Assembly (NCBI GenBank): GCA_013044175.1
Contig: JABEUY010000055.1
Location: forward strand, 30,228-94,227
Direction: 5' to 3'
Origin: Bacilli bacterium
GTDB lineage: Bacteria > Bacillota > Bacilli > Alicyclobacillales > SLC66
DNA: 64,000 nucleotides
Shown here: one piece after another, positions 9,268-17,548 of the stretch
Position numbering within the stretch: position 1 is the first letter of the stretch
Layout of the letters: the number at the start of each line of letters is the position of its first letter
The notes under the pieces: generated by a model
The model's database searches: none
Told to the model about the DNA's origin: nothing
Seen by the model: only the letters and a program-made list of their open reading frames with translations
Translations under genes and position numbers: made by a program

Positions 9268-10380
9268 ATGCAGATAACAGTCGATCAGAAACAGTTTGCG
9301 GCAGCACTAAAAACGGGAGCGGCAACAGTCTCAACAAGATCATTTGAGGGTGCGGACAAGCTAATACGCATAAGTGCATTTTGCGATAACGATGTCTATG
9401 TCTCTAGTTTTGACGGTGTTGTAGGGCTGTCGGTACACATGTCCGCATTAAATACAATAGATGTAGCTGGATCGTTATATGTAGATCCTAAAATAGTTAA
9501 ATTGATCGCGAAAATGAGCGGCGATATACGATTACAAAGCGTGATCGGCGGGCTAGTGGTATCGGATGCGGCGGGCAGTTACACGGTTGCAGCTTATGAA
9601 TACCCTAGCCGCGGACCCACAAACGGTGTGCAGGTTGGTGAGATCAATGCACAAGCACTGGCAATGGTACTGCAAAACGTTCGGTATGCGGTCGCTACAA
9701 GCCCTCTGCGCCGGGCGTTGACAGGCATTCATGTACGAGCACATGCAGGGCTACTGACCGCACAAGCGGCGCAAGCTGGCGCGTTCAGTCAGGCACAGGC
9801 AGAGATTGACATAGCTACAAACCTTGACATGTTGCTGCCCGGCGCGGCAGTCGAAACATTGCTGGACCACCTACCTTCGCAGGGCACTGTAGCGGTCGAA
9901 GTGGTAGACGGTTACGTGATTTTTCGGCTGGCGGCGGTGACTGTCACGGTCACGGTTCGCTTGCTAGATCAAGTCGGATTTCCTGATTTCTCACTTATTC
10001 AAGATAGGATACAAAATAGGAAAGTCCTTGCAACTGTCCCCAAAGCCGCACTACAAGGCGCGTTGACGAGAGTTGGGGCGGTATTGACAAAAACGGCGAT
10101 CCTTCCTGCCGTTGGAATAGCCGTTGGAAGCGAGGCAGTCCGTGTGTCGGCAGACAGTGAGAGTGTCAGTGCAAGCGTTGATCTTCCCGCGCAAGACGCA
10201 CTAGACCTGTTATACAGCCAACATTTCAACGGCGATTTTTTAGGAGGGGCAATCTCCACCATTACTGGGGATTCCGTCACTCTGGAAATAGCTGGTGTAG
10301 ACGATCATCATTTACTAGTCATTGAGGATGAGCATTCGATAAATATTCTGTCCGCACTAGCGGTCATGAGGGGGCTATAA
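9268..10380 (+). CDS. DNA polymerase III beta sliding-clamp-like protein
   Basis: About 370 aa, DnaN length. N-terminus MQITVDQKQFAAALKTGA matches the DnaN pattern, with three repeated domains by eye. ATG 9268 chosen inside ORF 9256. Confidence 0.55.
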   Translation: MQITVDQKQFAAALKTGAATVSTRSFEGADKLIRISAFCDNDVYVSSFDGVVGLSVHMSALNTIDVAGSLYVDPKIVKLIAKMSGDIRLQSVIGGLVVSDAAGSYTVAAYEYPSRGPTNGVQVGEINAQALAMVLQNVRYAVATSPLRRALTGIHVRAHAGLLTAQAAQAGAFSQAQAEIDIATNLDMLLPGAAVETLLDHLPSQGTVAVEVVDGYVIFRLAAVTVTVTVRLLDQVGFPDFSLIQDRIQNRKVLATVPKAALQGALTRVGAVLTKTAILPAVGIAVGSEAVRVSADSESVSASVDLPAQDALDLLYSQHFNGDFLGGAISTITGDSVTLEIAGVDDHHLLVIEDEHSINILSALAVMRGL

Positions 10381-10382
10381 TC

Positions 10383-11222
10383 ATGCAGGACATGCTCAAG
10401 TCGTACCACACAAGCCGTTTATCACTGGTTTCAGCGATTGCATTAAACATAGCAAGTCAGAAACTAGAGGTCGAGAATATTCGAGTGTCTATGCTGTCTA
10501 AAGCCTTGCCCACGTGGTTTGTCGCGTACCAAGATGCAGAATTGGACGTGACGGAGAATGCCCAAAACATGTTGGAGGCTATGAAGACCTTGCCACGTTG
10601 CCAGTTATCAGATGAGCAATGGCAGATCGTCGATGGCATCGAGGCAAGCATGGCGGCAATTGCAGTGCTTAGGCATGATCGGACGTTGTTAAAATCAATG
10701 CTGCACAGTATGAGCTTTAGCATCACCAGAGTCAGCAGCTATGCAGGTTGTATGGTCCCGCATGACATAGAAACCGAGTCTGCATTGCTCACTGTGAGCC
10801 ACTCGAAATATCACCCAATCGACTACATCGAAAAATTAAAAGACGGTTCGGCAGACGTAGCATTCGCGGAGATTTTTGAGGGTACATCACAATCGCAATC
10901 GCCACGTTTGTATCAAGATTTGGTCAATCTAGTGAGTACGACTAAAATGTCTCGTGATGTGCTGTACGTATTCGCAAGGGTGCAAGGTCAGTACACTTAC
11001 CAAGAACTAGCAGATAGCACAGGCGTAACCAAAGAGACAGTAGTAACACTGGTGGAACGCGGGTTGGAAAAATTGAAAAAGTTAGCGGAATCGAAGTACA
11101 GCATTGATGATTTGTTGAGCTTTGACAGCGATTTTGACGCACTAGAGTTATTGCAGAGACAAGCCCCCAACAAGAGATTCGATCCCGCAGCCGAAAGATT
11201 TCATCAGGAGTCATTGTGGTAA
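10383..11222 (+). CDS. protein with C-terminal sigma-70 region-4-like HTH
   Basis: C-terminal MSRDVLYVFARVQGQYTYQELADSTGVTKETVVTLVERGLEKLKKL. No obvious region 2. Confidence 0.4.
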   Translation: MQDMLKSYHTSRLSLVSAIALNIASQKLEVENIRVSMLSKALPTWFVAYQDAELDVTENAQNMLEAMKTLPRCQLSDEQWQIVDGIEASMAAIAVLRHDRTLLKSMLHSMSFSITRVSSYAGCMVPHDIETESALLTVSHSKYHPIDYIEKLKDGSADVAFAEIFEGTSQSQSPRLYQDLVNLVSTTKMSRDVLYVFARVQGQYTYQELADSTGVTKETVVTLVERGLEKLKKLAESKYSIDDLLSFDSDFDALELLQRQAPNKRFDPAAERFHQESLW

Positions 11223-11650
11223 GCCTCTTGATTTTTGACGCTGCACTGGTGGGATCAGTGGCGGTGCATGAACTGGGACATGCAGTAATGGCAACGATTT
11301 TGCGGGTTCCGGTTTCGAGGTTTCGGCTGGGGTTCGGTCCACGCCTCGTCAAGATTGGGGTTCTAGATTTAAGACTAGTACCCATCACAGGCGAGGTGCA
11401 AGCTGCCCCGGCGCATTGGTGGCAAGGCGTACTAATCGCACTAGCGGGTGTAGGCGCACAGTGGGGGGTGATCGCAGGGGCAATGGTTTCCGGTTTGGCA
11501 AGACAGGACGTAGGATTTTGGGCTTGGATGTTGGGCTTGGCGATGGTCGGCACGTTGCAGCTAGTGCCAGTTTTTAATACGGATGGCGCAGTCGCAATCA
11601 GCTGGTGGCGGGACAAAAATAGGGAGGTAGATCACGATGATAACCAATGA
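11216..11650 (+). CDS. small M50 (site-2 protease)-like membrane metallopeptidase
   Basis: HELGHAVMA HExxH motif followed by FRLGFGPRL, as in the RseP N-terminus. Hydrophobic. Overlaps the upstream stop codon. Confidence 0.5.
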   Translation: MVSLLIFDAALVGSVAVHELGHAVMATILRVPVSRFRLGFGPRLVKIGVLDLRLVPITGEVQAAPAHWWQGVLIALAGVGAQWGVIAGAMVSGLARQDVGFWAWMLGLAMVGTLQLVPVFNTDGAVAISWWRDKNREVDHDDNQ

Positions 11651-11846
11651 TTGGCGGCTTAGTCAGGCTCGTAAATTCTTGCTGGAGGCTATACATGCAG
11701 ACCCTACGGTACTTGCTCAACTCACGGACGAGGAACTTATCACAGCGGCTGACACATTGACCGCGAAACGGCTGGGTGGCATCGATCCAGCAGACTGCAC
11801 CGAGACAGAGGCTAGAATCCTTGCCAGTGTTCAGAAATCGAGCTAA
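11637..11846 (+). CDS. hypothetical protein
   Basis: 69-aa ORF whose ATG overlaps the upstream gene end. Confidence 0.4.
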   Translation: MITNDWRLSQARKFLLEAIHADPTVLAQLTDEELITAADTLTAKRLGGIDPADCTETEARILASVQKSS

Positions 11847-11954
11847 AAACTCGCATCTTAGGAATTGTAGTATGAGTATTTGTTGGCTACATGCAAATAC
11901 ATTTGATTTTTAGGAGCCTAGTTACTGACATTACTACAAAAGGAGAGGTTGACC

Positions 11955-12194
11955 ATGAAAGAATACACCAGTTATGTGGAAGTAAGTGCCAGTCTAGGCT
12001 TGGCAGAGGACGAGCAAGGCAATCCCACGGTAGCCTATGTGGAGATCACCACGGAGCACTCTGATGATTTATCACAAGATATCGTAGCCGACATACCACA
12101 GGGGCATCTTAAAATGGTTGCACACACACTTGATTGTGATATAGCGGATTTGACGCAGATATCGAAACAGACCTACCTCGAAAACGCAGAGTAA
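11955..12194 (+). CDS. small acidic hypothetical protein
   Basis: AAAGGAGAGG RBS 6 nt before ATG 11955 (inside ORF 11949). Confidence 0.45.
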   Translation: MKEYTSYVEVSASLGLAEDEQGNPTVAYVEITTEHSDDLSQDIVADIPQGHLKMVAHTLDCDIADLTQISKQTYLENAE

Positions 12195-12200
12195 CACGCG

Positions 12201-12245
12201 AATTTGTCCCACGCACCCTTCTCATTGGAGAGAGGGGTGTTTTTA
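12201..12245 (+). promoter_or_regulatory. ICE intercistronic box-hairpin module, copy 1
   Basis: Box AATTTGTCCCAC; stem CACCCTTCTC/GAGAGGGGTG; TTTTT; ATG 12246. Confidence 0.7.
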
Positions 12246-13943
12246 ATGCCAGTGAATTGTAGGGTATGTCACCGCGTATTGCGTAACCCGGTGTCGATCA
12301 CGCTTGGGGTCGGTCCGGTGTGCGTGAAAAAAGTTCGAGCACAAGCGGCTACACTAATGGCACAGATGCAAGCCGAGCGTCCAAGTGGCACGACTTACGA
12401 GCAGATGTACGGATTGTCTGAACAAGAACTTACACTCTATGCCGAACGCGGCGCAAGGACTGCGTACACCGAACGCGCACGTCACGGCAGGTCGTCCAGA
12501 CCGAGCGCAACCGCAGTCGAGATACCAACCGATCCGACTCGCAGAGGCTCGCAACCGATAGTTGTCGAGTGGATTGACGAAGACACAGCCACCGTTATCT
12601 CATCCGGTAGAGGCTACAACCACATAGCCAGTGCTAATACCTGCAACTGTCGCGAGTTTCGAAGTGCGGTGAGGCATCCAGAGCAATTCCTGCATGGTTG
12701 CCGCCACATGCAAGCGTACCGCCAAGCCTTAGCCATTGTTCAAAACCGCCCAGTTCCTGCACCACAACCAATGGAACCGTTTAACGAGTCCAGACCTGCG
12801 GTTCAGAACAATACGCAAGCAGTCGCTGTCCCAAATTTTACGGCGATTGATGTCACGGATGACATTGCCAGAACACAGATTCTGTCGGTCTGGAAAACGA
12901 ATCGATCATGGGACGGTATTCGAATGACAGAGGATCAAGCCGCCTACGATTCACTGATGTCATCGGCAGAGGCAGAATGGGAATATGTTACAGATGGTTC
13001 GATTTTGGGTGGTACAGGAAATACGTTTGGCGTGGAAATTGAAATGGAGTTTGAGTCTAGTGGTGCTTGGGATCGCGTGGCGAGGGATCTGTACAACGAA
13101 GGGCTGTCACAGTACAGCGAACGCGTGGGCTATCACACCGCTGGCGGTATGTGGATGCCTACACGTGATGGATCGCTGACAAATGGTGGGTTGGAAATTG
13201 TCTCACCAATCTTGCAAGACCGCCCGGAAGATTGGGAGCAGCTACGCAGAGTACTGGAAATCGCGAAGTATCACGGCGCAGTGGTCAACGGCAATACAGG
13301 CTGTCACACAAATATTGGTAGCGGTCCGGTCGATAGTCGAGCTTTCAGTTGGCAGAGATTGGCGAGAGCAGCACTGGGACACGAGGCGGCTTTGTATCGT
13401 ATGGGCGGCGCAGACAGTGAAAAATATCGCAGCGCGGGCACGGCAGGTGTACATCGTGGCACAGGTTACGTGCGCACGCTAGGCGATATCACATTTGGTG
13501 GGAATGCCACAATGGCTGAAATAAAATATCAGATCACAAAAGAGGATCACGCGACTTTGCTGAACGTGATGCACGATGGGCGAGTTGAATTTCGATCACC
13601 AAACGGGACGCTAGATGCGAGGCAGATTCAGGCAAATGTGGTAGTTGCCAACGCCATGATGCACCAAGCTGCAACCATCACAAACAGCAGTCCACTAGAC
13701 AACACGACACCGAAACTGTCAGATTACGCGAATCAGGTCGGCTATACGGCGGTACAAACTGCACGGCTAAAAGATGACTTACAGTGGGCTGCTCGTCACG
13801 GTCAGGATACCAGCACTTTGGAGCAGAATATTGCCAACCGCGAAGCCAAAGCCGAACTAGGATTCAGGCGTTTCTTGGATTTCTTGGGCAACCCGGTGGA
13901 CCGCAAGGCGGCTGCATGGCTTTACAAACGCGGATCAATCTAG
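12246..13943 (+). CDS. DUF6011-like Cys motif + SWIM zinc finger + Amidoligase_2-like (glutamine-synthetase-fold) domain fusion protein
   Basis: N-terminal CRVCHRVLRNPVSITLGVGPVC. SWIM motif CNCREF..GCRHMQAY. Amidoligase-like motifs GVEIEMEF, RDGSLTNGGLEIVSP and GCHTNIG. Confidence 0.6.
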   Translation: MPVNCRVCHRVLRNPVSITLGVGPVCVKKVRAQAATLMAQMQAERPSGTTYEQMYGLSEQELTLYAERGARTAYTERARHGRSSRPSATAVEIPTDPTRRGSQPIVVEWIDEDTATVISSGRGYNHIASANTCNCREFRSAVRHPEQFLHGCRHMQAYRQALAIVQNRPVPAPQPMEPFNESRPAVQNNTQAVAVPNFTAIDVTDDIARTQILSVWKTNRSWDGIRMTEDQAAYDSLMSSAEAEWEYVTDGSILGGTGNTFGVEIEMEFESSGAWDRVARDLYNEGLSQYSERVGYHTAGGMWMPTRDGSLTNGGLEIVSPILQDRPEDWEQLRRVLEIAKYHGAVVNGNTGCHTNIGSGPVDSRAFSWQRLARAALGHEAALYRMGGADSEKYRSAGTAGVHRGTGYVRTLGDITFGGNATMAEIKYQITKEDHATLLNVMHDGRVEFRSPNGTLDARQIQANVVVANAMMHQAATITNSSPLDNTTPKLSDYANQVGYTAVQTARLKDDLQWAARHGQDTSTLEQNIANREAKAELGFRRFLDFLGNPVDRKAAAWLYKRGSI

Positions 13944-13945
13944 TG

Positions 13946-13974
13946 TTGACAGTAATTGAATGAAGTGTTATAGT
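13946..13974 (+). promoter_or_regulatory. sigma-A type promoter
   Basis: TTGACA, 17 nt spacer, TATAGT. The spacer contains AATTGAATGAAGTG. Confidence 0.6.
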
Positions 13975-14012
13975 ATCAGTATTACAACATTTTAAAAATG
14001 GAGGTTGCAGTT

Positions 14013-14708
14013 ATGACAAAGAAGCATGAAACTCAAGAAAACAGGTATCGAGCAGTGGACACGGTTTCAGGCAAACTGCCAAGCATGGATTTCTATTTGG
14101 TGCAGCAGAACGGCGTAACCTTAGAAGCTTGCGATCCGCTGACTTTGTACGTTCAAGCCACCAAGGAGCAAGTGGACGATATGACCTTTAGTGACGTGCT
14201 CACGGTCGGCTTAGAGCAAATGTGGCGCGAGTCGCAACGCTTAGCTATGCTGGGTACGTATTCCAAGGTTTACAGTGCCATTGGGCTGCTCTATGACCCT
14301 GACAGCAGACATTGCACTTGGGAAAACCATGATGATGCGTTGATTTTGGACGCGTTTTCGCCATTCACGGTCTTGCAAAGTTTCATAAAATCTGAAAAAT
14401 ATCGCATCTTCGAAAAGGTTCCGCACCTCACACAACCGAAAGAAAATCTGGTTTTGGGCTGTCAGGGCTGTAAATATCACGAACCAGCAACGAGCACCTG
14501 TTCCCAGTTCCTTGCCAACAACACCAAGAAGAATCCGTGCCTTGGCTGTCAGTTCCGCGTTCCAGATGATGTGACTTACGATGATTATGTCGAGGTCACA
14601 GAAGCGAACATGACCGATCCGAGCGGTTATAAAGAATGGCTTCCATTTGACGAAAGATTGCAGGAATACGAGAACGCCCGCAGAAACTGGACGGATAGCA
14701 AACAATAA
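14013..14708 (+). CDS. Cys-rich hypothetical protein (zinc-ribbon-like)
   Basis: A GGAGG RBS favours ATG 14013. Motif GCQGCKYH..NPCLGCQF. Confidence 0.5.
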   Translation: MTKKHETQENRYRAVDTVSGKLPSMDFYLVQQNGVTLEACDPLTLYVQATKEQVDDMTFSDVLTVGLEQMWRESQRLAMLGTYSKVYSAIGLLYDPDSRHCTWENHDDALILDAFSPFTVLQSFIKSEKYRIFEKVPHLTQPKENLVLGCQGCKYHEPATSTCSQFLANNTKKNPCLGCQFRVPDDVTYDDYVEVTEANMTDPSGYKEWLPFDERLQEYENARRNWTDSKQ

Positions 14709-14771
14709 AAAATTGTCCTACGCGCCCCGCAAGCTGTGTAGGCATTAAAAATTCGAAGGGTTGTGGATTAA
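14709..14771 (+). promoter_or_regulatory. ICE intercistronic box module, copy 2 (degenerate hairpin)
   Basis: AAAATTGTCCTAC directly after the TAA stop. A CCTAC/GTAGG stem uses the box itself. ATG 14772. Confidence 0.5.
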
Positions 14772-15044
14772 ATGAATAAGGAAGAGTTAGTACGCGCAAT
14801 TGCCATTAAGGCTGGAGTCAAGCAAACCGCAGTCGTTCCAGTGCTGGACGCAACGCTTGAGGTCATCATTGAAGCAATCAAATCTGGCGACGAAGTAGGC
14901 TTGGTCGGATTTGGTACATTCGGAACCGTGGCGAAGGTCGCGCGTAAAGGTCGAAACCCGCAGACTGGCGAGGAAATTGACATCCCCGCGCACAAAATGA
15001 TCAAGTTTAAGCCGGGTAAAAATTTGAAGGGTGCAGTCAAGTAG
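14772..15044 (+). CDS. hup: HU family DNA-binding protein
   Basis: 90 aa: MNKEELV..GFGTF..RKGRNPQTGEEI.IPA...KFKPGK. Confidence 0.9.
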   Translation: MNKEELVRAIAIKAGVKQTAVVPVLDATLEVIIEAIKSGDEVGLVGFGTFGTVAKVARKGRNPQTGEEIDIPAHKMIKFKPGKNLKGAVK

Positions 15045-15068
15045 CACCGCATCAAAGGTTTGCTACCA

Positions 15069-15109
15069 ATAATCGCCGTGATGACTACACTTGCGGCGAT
15101 TATTTTTTC
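15069..15109 (+). terminator. intrinsic terminator after hup
   Basis: AATAATCGCCG/CGGCGATTATT stem followed by TTTTT. Confidence 0.7.
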
Positions 15110-15120
15110 TGTCCAATTTG

Positions 15121-15149
15121 TTGACCAAAATTGAATGATGTGCTATATT
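15121..15149 (+). promoter_or_regulatory. sigma-A type promoter
   Basis: TTGACC, 17 nt spacer, TATATT. The spacer contains AATTGAATGATGTG. Confidence 0.6.
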
Positions 15150-15182
15150 AAAGATAGATAAAATTCTTAGGGAGGTTTTTTT

Positions 15183-15332
15183 ATGACGGAGAAAATTGAA
15201 GCTGTACAAGATTTGAATGATCCGCGCAGAGTGCCAACGATGGACGAGATTCTGGCGATATTTGGTGGTGTCCTAGTCAGTCCAGAGGAGCGAGCTGAAT
15301 TGATGGGTCAAGGTGAGCAGGATGGAGTTTAA
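15183..15332 (+). CDS. small hypothetical protein (49 aa)
   Basis: AGGGAGG RBS, ATG 15183, TAA 15330. Below the ORF-track length cutoff. Confidence 0.4.
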   Translation: MTEKIEAVQDLNDPRRVPTMDEILAIFGGVLVSPEERAELMGQGEQDGV

Positions 15333-15894
15333 CGGCACGAAACTTCGCGACTTACGCACAGACCGCCACGCAACGCTCAAGCAGTTGGCAGACCATGCGG
15401 GTTGCACAATATCTTACATTTCTAGCATCGAAAAGGGTCGGATCAAAAGCCCCAACATCACGATATTGACAAAACTTGCAGAATACTTCCAAATCTCGAC
15501 GGATGAATTTGTGGTCTCTGCCAAAGAAATGCCGAAGGAACCCGCTTTGGATATGCAAGCCTTAAGGGACTTGCGCAAAATGAAGCACCTATCCTTAGAA
15601 AAAGCCGCCAAGCTTTCGGGGCTGCACCCAACTACGCTTTCAAAGTTGGAGAATGGGCACAGACGCACCGCAGAGCTTGGCACATTGACAGCGTTAGCGG
15701 GCGTGTACAATGTGGACGTAGCAGACTTGATGCTTCAACGCGAGGCGTATGTAGATTTGTCGGCATTGGTGAGGCAAAGCGACACTGTGATCATCGATGG
15801 ACGCGAGATCAGTGTCAAGGACAAGGCGACGAAAGAGCGTGTCCTGACTGCACTTCGAATAGCGGCGGCGTGGGCAAGTGAGGAGTCCCCCTAA
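15313..15894 (+). CDS. transcriptional regulator with two XRE-family HTH domains
   Basis: Two Cro/C1-type repeats: LRDLRTDRHATLKQLADHAGCTISYISSIEKG and LRDLRKMKHLSLEKAAKLSGLHPTTLSKLENG. Confidence 0.75.
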   Translation: MSRMEFNGTKLRDLRTDRHATLKQLADHAGCTISYISSIEKGRIKSPNITILTKLAEYFQISTDEFVVSAKEMPKEPALDMQALRDLRKMKHLSLEKAAKLSGLHPTTLSKLENGHRRTAELGTLTALAGVYNVDVADLMLQREAYVDLSALVRQSDTVIIDGREISVKDKATKERVLTALRIAAAWASEESP

Positions 15895-15921
15895 ATGGGG
15901 GACTTTTTTATGTTCAGGTGC

Positions 15922-15950
15922 TTGACTATTATGAAGTGAAGAGGTACAGT
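15922..15950 (+). promoter_or_regulatory. sigma-A type promoter
   Basis: TTGACT, 17 nt spacer, TACAGT. A stem-loop with T-run overlaps the preceding stop codon. Confidence 0.5.
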
Positions 15951-15986
15951 ATAGGTACTAGGAATATTTAGAAAGGGGTGGGCTGG

Positions 15987-16790
15987 ATGGATCAGTTGGC
16001 ACTTGTTGAGTCCCAATCTGTACGCAATGAATACATCGGCAGGGTCAGTGTGCTAGATAAGGTCAAGGCACTGGTGCTCTTACCGGATGATCTTCATGCC
16101 ACGGTGGAAATGGTTTCGGAGTTTTATGGGGTTGGGGTTGAGGCAATCGTATGGCATATACGTAACAATCGCGAGGAATTAGAGCAGGATGGCTTGACGG
16201 TTCTGACTGGGGATCGACTCTCTGAGTTCAAAGCAGAGACTGGATTTTCCAGTAGAGCAGGAAGTCTTACAGTCATTCCTCGTCGAGCAATTTTGAGGAT
16301 TGGCATGCTTTTGCGGGACAGTGAAGTGGCAAAACAAGTTCGTACCTATTTGCTGGATGCAGAGCAAGGCAGCAATAAAGTGGATTTAGCAAAAGTGCTA
16401 CGCCTAGTTGAGCAAACAGCCAAAATCAATCGACAGCTTGGACAGTCGAAACCAACTGCATACGCATCTGCGATAAAGTTCGTGCAGGGAAAAACTGGTT
16501 ATGACCTATCTGATTTTGCAGCACCACAAGTGACAATAGAGACACAAAATCTGGTGGCTCACGCACTGGCACATCGAGCGATTTATCTTGACCCGCAAGG
16601 TTCAGTCCCTAAAACAGAGCTTTTTCAGTTTTTGGCGGGTTACGCAGAAATGCACAACTTGCAAAAGTTGTCAGCGGTAATCTTGAAGAGACAGCTTGTA
16701 CAAGTCGTGCCGCATTTACGTGCAAAGCGGCAACGTGATGGTATGAAGAGGTCATATGCTTGGGTAGGCTTGTCACTTGCAGCACAGTAA
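15987..16790 (+). CDS. putative DNA-binding / antirepressor-like protein (paralog of 30530..31402)
   Basis: N-terminal about 130 aa is clearly homologous to 30530..31402 (VKAL..LPD.L..TVEM, IPRRA.LRIGMLLRDSE.AK.VR.YLL). Family not confidently identified. Confidence 0.5.
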   Translation: MDQLALVESQSVRNEYIGRVSVLDKVKALVLLPDDLHATVEMVSEFYGVGVEAIVWHIRNNREELEQDGLTVLTGDRLSEFKAETGFSSRAGSLTVIPRRAILRIGMLLRDSEVAKQVRTYLLDAEQGSNKVDLAKVLRLVEQTAKINRQLGQSKPTAYASAIKFVQGKTGYDLSDFAAPQVTIETQNLVAHALAHRAIYLDPQGSVPKTELFQFLAGYAEMHNLQKLSAVILKRQLVQVVPHLRAKRQRDGMKRSYAWVGLSLAAQ

Positions 16791-16833
16791 TTTGTCCCAC
16801 ACGCCCCACCAAAATTAGAGAGGATGATAAATC
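16789..16833 (+). promoter_or_regulatory. ICE intercistronic box module, copy 3 (weak hairpin)
   Basis: AATTTGTCCCAC overlaps the TAA stop; GAGAGGA SD; ATG 16834. Confidence 0.5.
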
Positions 16834-17472
16834 ATGAAAAAATCAATCATGGCACTTAGCACTATTGCAATGTTGGCAAGCATGGCAGCCCCTGCATTTG
16901 CAGCACAGACAGTCGTTCACGAGGATGGCTTTACGCTGACGAAATCCAGCATTGTCGAAACCAACAAGACCGCGTACACCGCATATACCTTCGCAGCCAA
17001 AGACCCCAATTCTGGCGTAATGACAACGTTTGTACCGATTTATCCCTTGATGCAAGTGCTCAAAGCTGCGAATGTCAGAAATACATGGAATGGTACGACT
17101 TGGCATTTGTTGACAAACTTTAGCGGTCCGATCAACATCCACGGCAAGCACGGTAAGGACGAAATTACTATCGAAAAAGGTATGTACTATCGTACTGGCG
17201 TTATCGAAAGTGGCGTACCGAGTTTTGTGTTGAGAGACCCCAGCACAGGCGTAAAGACTACGTTTTTCGGGCTGTATTATGCCGAACAGGTTTTCGTTGA
17301 GCATGGCATGCCAGCGAGTTGGAATGGCAAAACGCATACGTTTCGAGTAGTAATGCCCGGTAAAGGTTTCCTCGTGATTCCGGGTGGGGATATGCAAAAA
17401 GTGAAGCCGGGGACAGAAGTCTCACATCCAATCACAAGTCAGGTTTTCCAAAAGCCTAACTATTCTCTCTAA
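16834..17472 (+). CDS. secreted protein with two copper-amine-oxidase-N-terminal-like repeats
   Basis: Signal peptide ..APAFA/AQ. Internal repeats DPNSGVMTTFVPIY..WNGTTW and DPSTGVKTTFFGLY..WNGKTH. Confidence 0.5.
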   Translation: MKKSIMALSTIAMLASMAAPAFAAQTVVHEDGFTLTKSSIVETNKTAYTAYTFAAKDPNSGVMTTFVPIYPLMQVLKAANVRNTWNGTTWHLLTNFSGPINIHGKHGKDEITIEKGMYYRTGVIESGVPSFVLRDPSTGVKTTFFGLYYAEQVFVEHGMPASWNGKTHTFRVVMPGKGFLVIPGGDMQKVKPGTEVSHPITSQVFQKPNYSL

Positions 17473-17548
17473 AAGCAATCAGTCAATCATTCAGTCTTAC
17501 CCTTCCAAAAGAAGGGTTTTTATTTGTGTGGAGAGAGGGGTAAAACTC

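Noticed and set aside
10942-11616. Antisense ORFs inside well-supported genes (e.g. 10942..11616 -, 14241..14705 -, 16843..17397 -, 27981..28412 -, 41896..42363 -, 55716..56198 -, 56396..56815 -)
   Set aside because: They have no RBS. Their composition is Cys/Arg/Ser-rich, as is typical of reverse frames of high-GC genes. Each is fully contained in a CDS that has recognisable domains.
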